Shown piece by piece: positions 1 to 11,836 of a stretch of 64,000 nucleotides of DNA. Every line of letters starts with the position of its first letter. Within the stretch, counting starts at the first letter, position 1. The notes under the pieces are model-generated. The model was not told the origin of the DNA. It did not search any database and saw only the letters and a list, made by a program, of their open reading frames with translations. This stretch comes from Octopus sinensis (Eukaryota). The stretch lies in NCBI RefSeq assembly GCF_006345805.1, contig NC_043006.1, positions 96,782,001 to 96,846,000 on the forward strand, in the 5' to 3' direction. Both the position numbers and the translations under genes were made by a program.

Positions 1-111
1 CCAACGGGGACATGCTTCAACTGGTTAAGGTCAAACACACTGACAAGCAAATCTGTGTATTGAGCAGAATATTTGCTGTAGCCCATCTTTTATACCAAGA
101 CAAAACAATGT
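1..111 (-). mobile_element. Partial copy of the TAA-array-embedded non-coding repeat family ('family D')
   Basis: Matches 3775-3887 and 29165-29219 (gggacatgctcaactggttaaggtcaaac...ctgacaagcaaatctg); abuts (TAT)n at 111. Confidence 0.8.
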
Positions 112-142
112 ATTATTATTATTATTATTATATTATTTATAT

Positions 143-208
<66 letters not shown>
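111..208. repeat. (TAT)n microsatellite
   Basis: Direct reading. Confidence 0.95.
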
Positions 209-720
209 GAGATGGCAGTGCACTCTCTCATACTGACACAGATATAGAAGCCCAATATAACCATCATGACTACCCATCTGATAATGTGTTACACCAAGCC
301 ACATGCATCACAAACTTGCGTGTGACATGGTGAACTCATATTAAACAGTGCATGTGCTTGCAACTGGCCCCCAGTTAGAATTTTCTTTATACCGAGTAAT
401 CCATCACGTTCAAAAGATCCCACAATAAGGTTTGTTTAAGGTAAATGAATGAAACAATCATTTTCCAGGGGTGAATTATTCAAAACCCAAATAATTCCTC
501 TCAGCACATGACTATGATGTTCCCCCAATACTCCTGTCCTTAATCAGAAATGCACAAATCGTCAGCCACCAAAGGACATGCTCAACTGTCAAGCAACTGA
601 CAAGCAAATTGTGGTTTTGAGCAGAATATTTGTTGTAGTCTATCTTTTACACCAAGAAAAATATATACGTTATAACATTTCCAATCCATTGGATTAGAAG
701 CCATGAGAGTCACTGCCTGG
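209..720 (-). mobile_element. Family D element, near full length, diverged
   Basis: Collinear with 3409-3887, 28797-29219 and the reverse complement of 62251-62763; (TAT)n on both sides. Confidence 0.8.
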
Positions 721-770
721 TATTATTATTGTTATTATCATTATCATTATTATTATTATCATTATTATTA

Positions 771-834
<64 letters not shown>

Positions 835-861
835 TGTGGTTGCTGTTATTATTATCATTAT
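721..861. repeat. (TAT)n microsatellite
   Basis: Direct reading. Confidence 0.95.
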
Positions 862-3067
862 TTTGTGTTGGCTCAGGTTTGGTCTTATTCCTGGTAGAAT
901 TAATGTGGGTAGCAGATTACTACTTGTAACATTAGGTGTCCACAAGTTTTCAATTGTCTTTGGAGTGCTTAGAGCCCTCCTGATAATCCTTGCAATCCCT
1001 AAGAGACAAACTTTTTGAAGGAGCTCAACAGGACATTCTATTCCAGTCTATTTCAGCCATTTGTCTATATCTTTGCTTACTGTTCCTCGTGCACCAATTA
1101 TTATAGGCCCGACCTTTACTGTTCTCATGGTCCAAATTCTCCCCATTTCAAATTTGAAGAGATTACATATTTTTTGTTTTTTTCGTCTCCTTTTTTTTAC
1201 GATCCTCGAATCAAACGGGCATGATGGGTCAATCGCTAAGTGACTTCGCTTTTCCTTATCTATAATTATTATGTCCGGTTTATTATTTTCTTGTTCGTTT
1301 GAAGAGGAAAGTCCCACAAAACCTTGCATTTTTCCTACTCCAGTACTCTTCTGACTCGGTAATTATACTATGTGTTTCCAGTTTTAAATCCCTATTTGTG
1401 GCATAATTTCCCGTTTAACACTTTTACAACCTGGTCGTGCCTCCATTTCTTATATTCCTCCTGTGCCAGCTTGGGGCATTCTTCCACAATGTGTGCCACA
1501 GTCTCATTCCAAGTTCCACAGGCTCTACATTTTTCTGAAACATTCTCTCCAGATATATTTTTTCTAAATTTTGTTTTTTATTGCTTGATCTTAGGCTGCT
1601 ACAATTAGGCACTTTTTTATTTTTAACTGCCCGTTTTTTTAACCAAGCCCAGAATTTTTCCACATACGCCCTCAGTGGCTCTCCAAAATTGGCTATGCAT
1701 AGGTTTTTCTTCAATTTGTCTGACGTGCTCTCTTTCTATTTCATTCTTGTCCGTTTCTCCTATTATGCCCTTCATCACCTTTTCTTTACTCTCTTTAGTA
1801 GTTTTTTCTGTGCTGCTCTGTAAATACTCTACTAAGCTTTTTCTTTCCCTCTGTACACATTATGCTGCTGCTATCAGAAACCACCCTGATCTCTCCTCAA
1901 GTACAGGTGGTTGATACCAGCTTTCGGATGATGGGCTCCATACATCGTCAGCAACTTCCTTGTTTTTCTATCAAATTTCTTTATATCGTTTTTGGTCCAG
2001 TCCATAATTTTAACTCCATATCTGATTACGGGCACTGCTTTTCAATTTATTGCTTTAATAAGATCTTTTGAATTCAACATTGTCTGCAATAACTTTTTTA
2101 CTCTCCTTGTCTACTCCCTACTGGTCATTTGTTCCATTCTTTCTTTTTTATTTCCTCTGCTTCCAGTGTTCCTAAGTACTTACTTATACCATTGTCCTTT
2201 CTCCATCGCTCTCATTATTTGCCTATTTGGCATTTCAGTTCCCTGGGTTTCTTCAAATCTTTCTCGTTTCCTTTTCAATATAGCGCACTTTTCTATTCCA
2301 AATTCCATACCTACGTCTATTGAGAAAATACTGGAAGTATGTACAAGACTTTCAAGCTGTTTCACATTTTTCACATTTTTCAAACTGTTTCACATTTTTC
2401 ACATTTTTCAAGCTGTTTCACATTTTCCACATTTTTCAAGCTGTTTCACATTTTTCACATTTTTCGCATTCACGAAAAGGAGATGATTTATCTGACTTAT
2501 TCCTTTTCAAAAATCATAAGCATTTTAAACTTTTTCAATATCATAGTATCATAGAGTGTCACCAATAATACGAATAGTAGCGGAGATAAGCTATTACCTT
2601 GGAATATTCCACGTCTGACATCCACTTTCACGAGATTTTGTTTTCCTCCAATCAGTTCCATATTCCAATGTTTCACACTTTCATACAGCATTTTCTCCAT
2701 ACTTTTTGCTATTCCGAACATACTCGTTGTTTTACTTATCCAACTGTGTGGAATTATGTCATATGCACTTTTGTAATCTAGCCATGCTTCATTCAGTCCC
2801 GTCAAATCTTTGTCTACAATTTCTAGCGATTATTTTATCAACTAATAAGTGATCTTTTGTTGCCCTACATATTTTTCTGAATCCTTTCTGTTCTTCTGGA
2901 AGTAGATTGTTACTTTCCAGATGATTCTTTAACCCTCCGACCAATACACCGGCCATAAGCTTCCACATAAAGTGGTAAACAGGTTATAGAACGAAATTCT
3001 GATGCCAAGTTCCCTTTCAAAGGATCCTTGAGGCATAGCAGCGTTTGTCCATTTGTCATCCAGGCAG
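862..3067 (-). mobile_element. 5'-truncated, decayed R4/Dong-clade non-LTR retrotransposon (RT + CCHC + restriction-like endonuclease)
   Basis: Minus-strand motifs: AWLDYKSAYDIIPHSWI, GIFQGNSLSPLLFV (ORF 2497-2805), GMEFGIEKCA (2180-2383), CRACGTWNETVAHIVEEC, KPDIIIIDKE..IDPSCPFD..PIIIGARG (1048-1329), terminal KVCLLGIARIIRRAL; many stops/frameshifts; (TAT)n on both flanks. Confidence 0.9.
2353..2464. repeat. Four-copy 28-bp tandem repeat (caagctgtttcacatttttcacattttt) inside the RT region
   Basis: Units start at 2353, 2381, 2409, 2437. Confidence 0.9.
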
Positions 3068-3105
3068 GATATTATTATTATTATTAATATTATTATTATT
3101 GTTGA

Positions 3106-3136
<31 letters not shown>

Positions 3137-3139
3137 GGT

Positions 3140-3356
3140 AAGGTTGTGAGCTGGCCCAGTGGCTAGCACGCCGGGCGAAATGCTTAGCAGTATGTCATCT
3201 GGTGCTGTTCTGAGTTCAAATTCCACCGATGTCGACTTTGCCTTTTTCTACTTTCGGGGTCGATAAATTAACGACCAGTGAAACACCGGGGTCGATGTAA
3301 TCAACTTGTCCTTTCCCCAAAAATTTCAGGCCTTGTGCCTATAGTAGAAAGGATTG
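3140..3356 (+). mobile_element. tRNA-derived SINE, family B monomer with B1 tail
   Basis: Head ..gagctggc..ttagcacgccgggcgaaatgcttagc, B-box-like gagttcaaattcc, core gtcgactttgcctttc..ggggtcgataaattaa, tail ccccaaaaatttcaggccttgtgcctatagtagaaaggatt. Confidence 0.85.
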
Positions 3357-3365
3357 TTATTATTA

Positions 3366-3408
<43 letters not shown>

Positions 3409-3886
3409 GAGTGAGAGAGCAGTGCATGCCATCAAAGTGATACTGGGGTAAAATAAACAAAGCCCAATATACCCATCATGACTACCTGTCTGATAAGTGT
3501 ACACCAGGCACATGCATCACAACCATATGTGTGCGACATGGTGATCTCATATCAAGATCAAACAGCGCATGACCTTGCAGGTGGGGATCGGAGTTTTCTT
3601 CAGGTCGAATAACCCATCCCGCTCAAAAGGTCCCTGGATTAGGATTGTTTAAGGATGTTGAACGAACCACCCATGTTTCCAAAGGTGAATTATCCAAACC
3701 CCAAAGAATTCCTTTCAACACACGGCTATAATGCTCCCCCACTACTTCTGCTATTGATCAGAGATGCACATATCGTCAGCCCCTAAGGGACATGCTCAAC
3801 TGGTTAAGATCAGACAACTGACAAGCAAATCTGAGGTATTGAGCAGGATATTTTCTGTAGCCCATCTTTTATACAAAGACAAAACA

Positions 3887-3887
<1 letters not shown>
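3409..3887 (-). mobile_element. Family D element, 5'-truncated
   Basis: High similarity to 28797-29219; flanked by (TAT)n at 3358-3408 and 3888-3995. Confidence 0.85.
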
Positions 3888-3943
<56 letters not shown>

Positions 3944-4489
3944 GTTATTATTATAATAATTATTATTATTATTGTTGTTGTTATTATTATTATTATGTCA
4001 TTACATAAGTATCATAATTATGTTAATTTAATTAATATAAATTTCAATATCATGAAACCTCATCGTGAGTTAAATATGAATGTAAACGCATTCTTTACAT
4101 GCTACTGATATACAGATACAAAGGGAAGCATCTGGTATTCCATTTCCTGGCTTGTTTGAGCTATTCTGAGAACGCCTGTCGTCCTTCCTCAATCAGTCCT
4201 ACAGATTAGCTTCTAATAAAGTAGTCACAAATAAAGCTAGCAACATACTGGATAGTTCCTTCTTCCGTTTTTCACCCAACAATTGTACAGAAAAAGAAAT
4301 GTGCTGATATTCTTAATTGACCCGAATTAATGTTTTGCAATATTTATGTTTATATCATTTTTTTCTTATTTACCATGTGTTGTTTAACTAATATAATATA
4401 CATATTATTATATCATTTTCTTTATTGCTATAGTCTGTCGATTTTCACCATGTGTTAGGCCAAGAGAGGTAATAATTCGAATGGAAACA

Positions 4490-4538
<49 letters not shown>

Positions 4539-4560
4539 TCACACAAACACACACATATAT

Positions 4561-4726
4561 GGATCAGAACAGTTATTCCTTGCTACTCCGAGTTTCAAAG
4601 CGTGTTTCAATCCGAGCTTCAACACATGATGCTAATCCTTAACCATTGGAATTTTCCATGGCTGAGGATTAGCACCACGTTTTGAAACTCGGAGTACCAA
4701 GGAATCTGAATTAAACTGTTTTGACC
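4561..4726. mobile_element. Palindromic hairpin element (MITE-like)
   Basis: ttccttgctactccgagtttcaaagcgtg vs reverse complement of cacgttttgaaactcggagtaccaaggaa (27/29); inner tgctaatcct...aggattagca stem; TA-rich flanks. Confidence 0.7.
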
Positions 4727-4949
4727 TATACATGTCACTCCTAATAAATGCGTTGAGTGTCCTTCTTTCGTTTGTCTACTCACCCGTATGTGTGTATATA
4801 TGCATGCATGTATGTATGTATGTAGGTAGGTAGGTAGGTAGGTAGGTTGGTAAGTAGGTAGGTAGGTGGGTGGGTAGGTAGGTATGTATATATGTATGCA
4901 TGTGTGTGTGTATGTACGTGTGTAATCGTGTGTATATTCCTCCATCCAT

Positions 4950-4994
<45 letters not shown>

Positions 4995-5327
4995 CTCAAA
5001 ATATTTAACAATGAAATTTCATGAAGTTTTATAAGTTTATGCATCAAAAGATACATCGATAGATGTTTAAATTAATGGAAAATGACCTGATTTAGAAAAT
5101 AGTTGTAGTTGTTAAACATCTTTTACGTGCTTCAGATCAAAATCTCTGGCCCTGCTGGGGCACTGATTATTCATTTTGTTCTTTTTAAAAATTTAATTTT
5201 AAATTCTTTTCAGTATTGTGAGAATAAACACATACATACAGCGGCAGAAGGGCAAGTAGATATTCACATACAACATGGATTTTCCATGCTTCCTCTCTAG
5301 CTAGTTTCCTTATAATTTAAAACAGAA

Positions 5328-5925
5328 AGGTGATAAAGCTGGCGGAATCGTTAGCAGACCGGGCAAAATGTTCAGCGACGTTTCTTCTGGCATTACATTT
5401 TCAATCACATGTCTACTTCGCCTTTCATCATTTCGCAATAAATGAAATGAAAATCAGTCAAGCCCTGGGGTCGATGGAATTAAATATTTCCCACCCACAA
5501 AGTTTTTTAATAGAAATTAAAGCTGACGTTCTGTACAGAACCATAAAGTGTGTCGTACAAAATGTTTTGCGTCGTACAAAATATATTACGTTCTAAGTTG
5601 AGATCCAAATGCAATTAACTTCGCCTTTCATCCCTCTGAGGTCGCTAAAACAGAGTACAAGCTAAGTCCAGAGATCGATGATATCAAGTACTACATCCTA
5701 CCCCAAAACTATTGGTCCTGTGCTCAAGTTAGAAACCACCACTACTAGAACACTATCCTTTCTACTTAGCAGTATTCCTTCCGTCTTCAAGTTCTGAGCG
5801 CAAATTCCATCAAAGTCGACTTTCAGCGTCGATAAAATAAGTTTCAGTAGAATACTGGGGACGATGTAATCGACTTAACCTCTTCCTCAAAATTGCTGTC
5901 CTTGTGAGAAAATCTGAAATCAATT
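5328..5925 (+). mobile_element. Cluster of degenerate family B SINE copies
   Basis: Head at 5328 and repeated degraded cores (ttcgcctttcatc, gtcgataaaataag, gatgtaatcgacttaacc). Confidence 0.6.
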
Positions 5926-5959
5926 CTGTTATTGCTGTGATGGTAATTAAAATATCAAT

Positions 5960-6146
5960 TTCAAATTTTGACACAAGGTCAGCAATTTTAGTAAAGGGTT
6001 AAGTCGATTATATCGACCCTAGTGTTTAACTAGTAATTATTTTATCGACACCGAAGGAGGAAAGGCAATGATGAACTCAGAATATTGACGAAATACCGCT
6101 AAGCACTTTGTCGGGCGTGATAACGATCCGCCACCTCGCCGCCTTA
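5960..6146 (-). mobile_element. Family B SINE, degenerate
   Basis: Reverse-complement core (ttatcgacaccgaaggaggaaaggcaa) and head (ctcgccgcc). Confidence 0.65.
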
Positions 6147-6186
6147 ACGATAATAATATTGGTTTTAAATATTGGCTCCATAGATA

Positions 6187-6407
6187 TATTTCTTTATTGC
6201 CCACAAGGGGCTAAACATAGAGGGGACAGACAAAGGGATTAAGCCAATTACATAGACTCCAGTGCGTAACTGGTACTTAATTTATCGACCCCGAAAGGAT
6301 GAAAGGCAAAGTCATCCTCGGCGGAATGTGAACTCACAACGTAACGGCAGACGAAATGCGGCTACGCATTCCGCCCGGCGTGCTAACGTTTCTGCCAACT
6401 CGCCAAC
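6187..6407 (-). mobile_element. Family B SINE monomer with B2 tail and 15-bp TSD
   Basis: Direct repeat ttggctccatagata at 6172-6186 and 6408-6422 brackets the copy. Confidence 0.9.
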
Positions 6408-7264
6408 TTGGCTCCATAGATAGATAAATGGAAACATACATACACACACTCACACACACACATACAAGCACACACACATATAGTGTGCTACAAAAAGTAC
6501 TCTAGTGAGAGATATTATTTAATAAACACAGTTTATGATTTTGTGTGCTATTATTTGTTTCATGTGCTGAGAACATACAGGACAGTACTTTTTAACACGA
6601 CTGGTGTCCTACCACAATCATCAGGCACTAGGAAATCAGACGTGTTAGAGAATACTGTCTGACATGCCTACAGCGCATGAAACTTAAAATATAAGGCATA
6701 AAAACATGTGTTTTTTAAATAACACACACACACACAACGGTAAATAAAAAACAGAGCAAGAGAGAGAAAAGAATATTAACAGGCGTGCCTGTATTGGCTA
6801 CTAGTTTGCTTTACAAATACGCGTTTTCAGGTTCAAATCCAATGCCTGGCCCTTCGGGAAAATGACTTCTGCTCTAACCTTGGACCAATCGATATCATGT
6901 GAAATAATTTGGGAGACGGAAACGGCATGAAACCTTGTTGAATTTACATATATACATGTGTGTGTGTGTGCGTAGATGTATGTATTCGTGCATGTATGTT
7001 TATGTGAATGCATGAATCTTTGTGTTTGTTGTTGGCTCATACTACTTGGCAACTGACGTGGGTCGGTTACAAAGAGACTTATAGACAGAGTAAAAATAAC
7101 ACTAAAAATATGTTTTCTGTCGATTTGTTCGGCTGAACTCTTCGAGATTGTGCTCTCGACATAGGCACATTCCATATCTGAAACATGTACTATGATCAAA
7201 CAATTAAACATGTAATTATGAGTATACTTACGATAGAGTGACTGAAATAAAATCGATTTCAAAT

Positions 7265-7455
7265 GTTGGTATAAGGCCAGCAATTTTGCAGGAGGTATTA
7301 AGTCGATTACATTGACCCCAGTTTTTCACTGGTACTTAATTTATCAACTCCGAAAGGATGAAAGGCAAAATCGATGCCGGCAGATTTTGAACTCAGAACG
7401 CAAAGAAGGACACAATGCTGCAGAGCAATTTGCACGGCACGCTAACGATTCTGAC
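7265..7455 (-). mobile_element. Family B SINE (B1 tail)
   Basis: Core ctggtacttaatttatc..cgaaaggatgaaaggcaaa, tttgaactcagaacg. Confidence 0.75.
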
Positions 7456-8197
7456 TGATGTAAAAAATATTAACGAAACAGAAATATCAGTGAAAATATG
7501 ACAATATTATATCAGATATAGGCGAACCGTTGGTGCGGTCGTTTGAGTTTTAGGTAGACAGTATTACAATTTTGTTTTCTCTCATTACTTTGATTTCGAA
7601 ACCTTCTGAAAGCAGCTTTGTCTTTCATCCCTTCGCGTGGAATCGATGTTACTGCCACTTTCTTTCCGCCTGTTTCTTGTTTATTGTTTTAATTTTCTCA
7701 TTCTGTAATCAGACCTGATTGGAGAGGAATACACTCACAAGGCCTAAAACGCCTAATTCACGCCGTAAACGTCACGGTGCGCCTACAATTGCGTTAGGAA
7801 GACAAGGTATATTTAAAAGTACAGATCAATTGTGAAATCAACACATTGAAAAATGGATGTAAGAAGAATTAATGAAAATATTAGCAACCGAAATTCAAAG
7901 CAGGCAAACAAGAGAAATTTATTTAGATATTGAAAAGCAAAGAGTAATTATAAAGAAAAACTGGCACAAAAGCAAATGGACTGAAAAAATACACTAACAA
8001 CATTGAAATAATCTCCTTCTTCACCTCTTCCTCCACCTCCTCTTTCTTGAAAACGTTACCATCGTACTAACAGCATTTGTCGCAATCATGTTAGCTACAC
8101 AGAAGACAAAATGAGCAGGGTCATAAAGAATAACATTTTCCATTTCGTAATACCGTATTTATGTCTAGATATACACCAATGCATTTATATATATATA

Positions 8198-8435
8198 TTG
8201 GGTTGGTGCATAATTATTGCTGCTTTTTTCAACAATATATACTAACAACGTGTAACAAAATCATCTTTAAATGATTATTCCGGAGCATATTCACCATCTA
8301 CTTCAATTACTGCTTCCCATTTGCTTGGCAGACGGTCAGACCGTCATATAAAGATGTTCATGTTCAATATTGTTATTGCTTTTTATTGGATAAATTTTAA
8401 AAAAAATAAAGCGCAATAATTATGCACCAACCCTA
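8198..8435 (-). mobile_element. Mariner-derived MITE with long inverted arms
   Basis: TIR ttgggttggtgcataattattgc / gcaataattatgcaccaaccc in TA context; core encodes a mariner C-terminus DRLPSKWEAVIEVDGEYAPE* on minus; sibling at 51300. Confidence 0.85.
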
Positions 8436-8557
8436 TATATATATATATTTATATATGTTCATAGATGTGTATATATGTGTGTGTGTATACATATATAGTC
8501 ATTAAGTGTTTCTATAAATAAAATTCAAAGTCAATAACCCTTAAAGTCCTTTTGTTT

Positions 8558-8953
8558 ACTCTTTTCTCTTTTACTTGTTTCAGTCATTTGACTGCGGCCA
8601 TGCTGGAGCACCGCCTTTAGTCGAGCAAAACGACCCCAGGACTTATTCTTTGTAAGCCCAGTACTTATTCTATCGGTCTCTTTTGCCGAACCGCTAAGTT
8701 ACGGGGACGTCAACACACCACCATCGGTTGTCAGGCAATGCTAGGGGGACAAACATACACACACACATATATATATATACATACATATATACGACGGGCT
8801 TCTTTCAGTTTCCATCTACCAAATCCACTCACAAGTCTTTGGTTAGCCCGAGGCTATAGTAGAAGACACTTGCCCAAGATGCCACGCAGTGGGACTGAAC
8901 CCGGAACCATGTGGTTGGTAAGCAAGCTACTTACCACACAGCCACTCCTCCTG
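8558..8953 (-). mobile_element. tRNA-derived SINE family A, full length
   Basis: Head ggagtggctgtgtggtaagtagcttgc..ggttcagtcccactgcgtggc, internal (CA/TA) microsatellite, tail ggtgctccagcatggccgcagtcaaatgactgaaacaagtaaaagag. Confidence 0.9.
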
Positions 8954-9169
8954 TTTACTATTATTTTTATTTACATTAGTTGAATGTTATTGTATTTGCA
9001 GCTTTTTTCTATTCTTTTTGGTGTTCGTTCAGAGTCCAACAAGAACCAACGCATGGTCAGGTCAATCAGGCATTTGCTTAAATTTGTTCACGCCATGGCG
9101 TTCACTAAAAACGTATATTGCCTATAGACGATGCATCTCAATGAGTGAATGTATGTATGTATATATATA

Positions 9170-9725
9170 TTGGGTTGTCCGGAAAGTTCGTGCCGATTTT
9201 TAAAGGAAAGAGCAAGGTCAATAAATACTTGCCATTACATTTTTAATCAACCAAATATGAACCATTTTGTTGACAATGCGTCTCCATCTTTCCTTTAACT
9301 TGAAAATACTCTCTTCCCAGAATTGAGGTGGTTTCATGGCAAATAATTCATCAAGGGTATCTTTTTACGTCATCTAAGGAATTGAAATTTTTACCATTAA
9401 GACTATTCTGCAGAGTGCTGAATAAGTGGAAATCCGAAGGAGCAATATCTGATGAATATGGAAGGTGGGATAGCACATCCCAGCCGAGCTGCAACAATTT
9501 TTGTCTGGTTCCCAAAGCATCAAGTGCCGAAAATGAACTTTCTTATCTTCCATTTTAAAGGGTTACAGAATTAACGCTGGTTATAGGAACATAAACCTTC
9601 TTCCACGAAAAGATAGCTTAAACTCTGCTCTAAATGGAGGTGTAGTCAAATCCTATTTTATGGACTCAACCATAAGTCGAAAAGTAAGCTACTATAAATC
9701 GGCACGAACTTTGCGGACAACCCAA
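9170..9725 (-). mobile_element. Internally deleted mariner (DD34D-type) element with both TIRs
   Basis: TIR ttgggttgtccggaaagttcgtgccgattt / aaatcggcacgaactttgcggacaacccaa, TA flanks; MEDKKVHFRHLML start fused to RQKLLQLGWDVLSHLPYSSDIAPSDFHLF and C-terminus. Confidence 0.9.
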
Positions 9726-11024
9726 TATATAAACATATATATATTCGTGTATTTTTGTATGTTGATATCAGTATGATCCATTTGAATAGAAGTACCCTCC
9801 AGTATTCCTCTGTGATAAAATGATCTCCTTCCACTTCACTGTCTACTTTAGAGACATACATACACTGTCTACTTTCATGAGAAGGATGAAATAGTTCCGG
9901 ATATCTACTGCGGTTGACATTATCCATTAAATTCATTGACAGTTGTACACCGACATGACCGTTGTCTAATGACTGCTATCTGTTACAGAAACATAAACGA
10001 AGTCGTTGACGTACGGTTCTACGGCCAAAGATAATCCAGCTTTGACTCTCTGTCTTCTTAGCGGTACAACGCCACACAGCTTGTTCATTCGCTACTCAGA
10101 ATTGGCAAGGTGTAATATGAGGGAGGTTGACCTGATTTTTCTGTCTGCGAGTTTCTAACATTGGATGCTGGAAGTTCTTGATTTTGGCAGAAGATGTGTG
10201 TCTGTGTGTGTGTTTGTGTGTATCTCTTTGTCTGTCTGTCTCTCTGTCTGCATGTTTATGTGTGTGCGTGAGTGGCGCAAAACCATTATGATCTCTTGGA
10301 CGTTGACTGATCAAGAATTAGCTACGAATTTTCCGTTTGTTTTTGTTAAATTTTCTGGTTATGATTTTATAAAAATGCTTGAAATATATATATATGTATG
10401 TATGTATATATGTGTGTGGGATGTATACATATGTATATGTTTATCTATCTATCCATCATCTACCTATATGTCTGTCTGTCTATGAAACTGTGACGTCCAC
10501 GGGACTAATGAAGGTAATTTACATATATATTAATCCAACTAATAAAGATTATTAAGCATTCATTTTAACACAAGCATGACTCCCTGCTTGCGAAAAATAG
10601 CCAGAATATCAACCATTCAACCAGTTTGCCATAAGACGTGACTTCTTTCTTCGCCTTCAGATAAGTGAAATATCCCTGACAACAAATCTTTCACGCTTGT
10701 CATAAATTTTCCACGGTAAGCACAAAGGTTGTTTTCCACTGATGAAACTTTAGAAAAAATAGCATCCTGCCATCCACAGAACGACAAAGTCTTTAGATAG
10801 GCCTGTGTGTCCAGAACGTAAAGTTCCTCATTTACAAATCCAACGAATCTAGACGCTGTATTTTCTTCATATGTTCAAGACGAAAATCTACGAAACGCTG
10901 TGCGTTTTTCCATATAGCGATGCACTGTCTCTTGATCAGATAGTGTTCAGACACGCAAGGTTAATGGCGGTGATGGTGGTGATAGCGGTGGTGATTGTGA
11001 TAGTGGTGGCTGTGTTGTTGCTGA

Positions 11025-11055
<31 letters not shown>

Positions 11056-11424
11056 GGTATTGACGATGTGGTGTTTTGAATTAACATTCCTGAGCTTAAG
11101 TTAAATATTATACACACACATACACACACAAACACCTACACAAACCCACATATATATATACATATATATACACACGCGCATATATCTATGCATATATATA
11201 CGTACGTATATATTATATGTATATGTATATGCATATACATATATATATATAAAGATATATACTTGCAAATATTGAGACAGCGACAGCGTGAGAGAGACAG
11301 ATATGGTTATATAGTTCTATAAAAAAACGTGTATGTGTGTGAGTGTGTGTGTGTGTCTGTGTGTCTGTGTGTATGAAAGTGAGAGAAAGAGACGAAGTTT
11401 GTGTGTATATGTGTCTGTACATAA

Positions 11425-11836
11425 TACTCTTTACTCTTTTTACTCTTTTACTTGTTTCAGTCATTTGACTCCGGCCATGCTGGAGCACCGCCTTTAATCG
11501 AACAACTCGACCCCGGGACTTAGTCTTTTGTAAGCCTAGTACTTATTCTATCGGTCTCTTTTGCCGAACCACTAAGTAACGGGGACATAAACACACTAGC
11601 ATCGGTTGTCAAGCAATGCTAGGGGGACAAACACAAACACACACACACATATATATATATATACATATATACGACGGGCTTCTTTCAGTTTCCGTCTACC
11701 AAATCCACTCACAAGGCTTTGGTCGGCCCGAGGCTATTAGTAGAAGACACTTGCCGAAGGTGTCACGCAGTGGGACTGAACCCGGAACCATGCGGTTTGT
11801 AAACAAGCTACTTACCACACAGCCACTCCTGCGCCT
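11425..11836 (-). mobile_element. SINE family A, full length
   Basis: Collinear with 8558-8953 and 48727-49142. Confidence 0.9.

Noticed and set aside
1905-1955. Minus-strand CTGACGA...GAAA spacing resembling a hammerhead
   Set aside because: Stem II does not close properly, no stem I/III, and it lies inside Dong coding sequence.
2353-2464. Regular 28-bp repeats as a CRISPR array
   Set aside because: No spacers, eukaryotic context, derived from local LINE sequence.
10642-10721. Good acceptor (cttcgccttcag) and donor (gtaagc) around a 55-nt segment
   Set aside because: Stops in all three frames; no supporting evidence of an exon.
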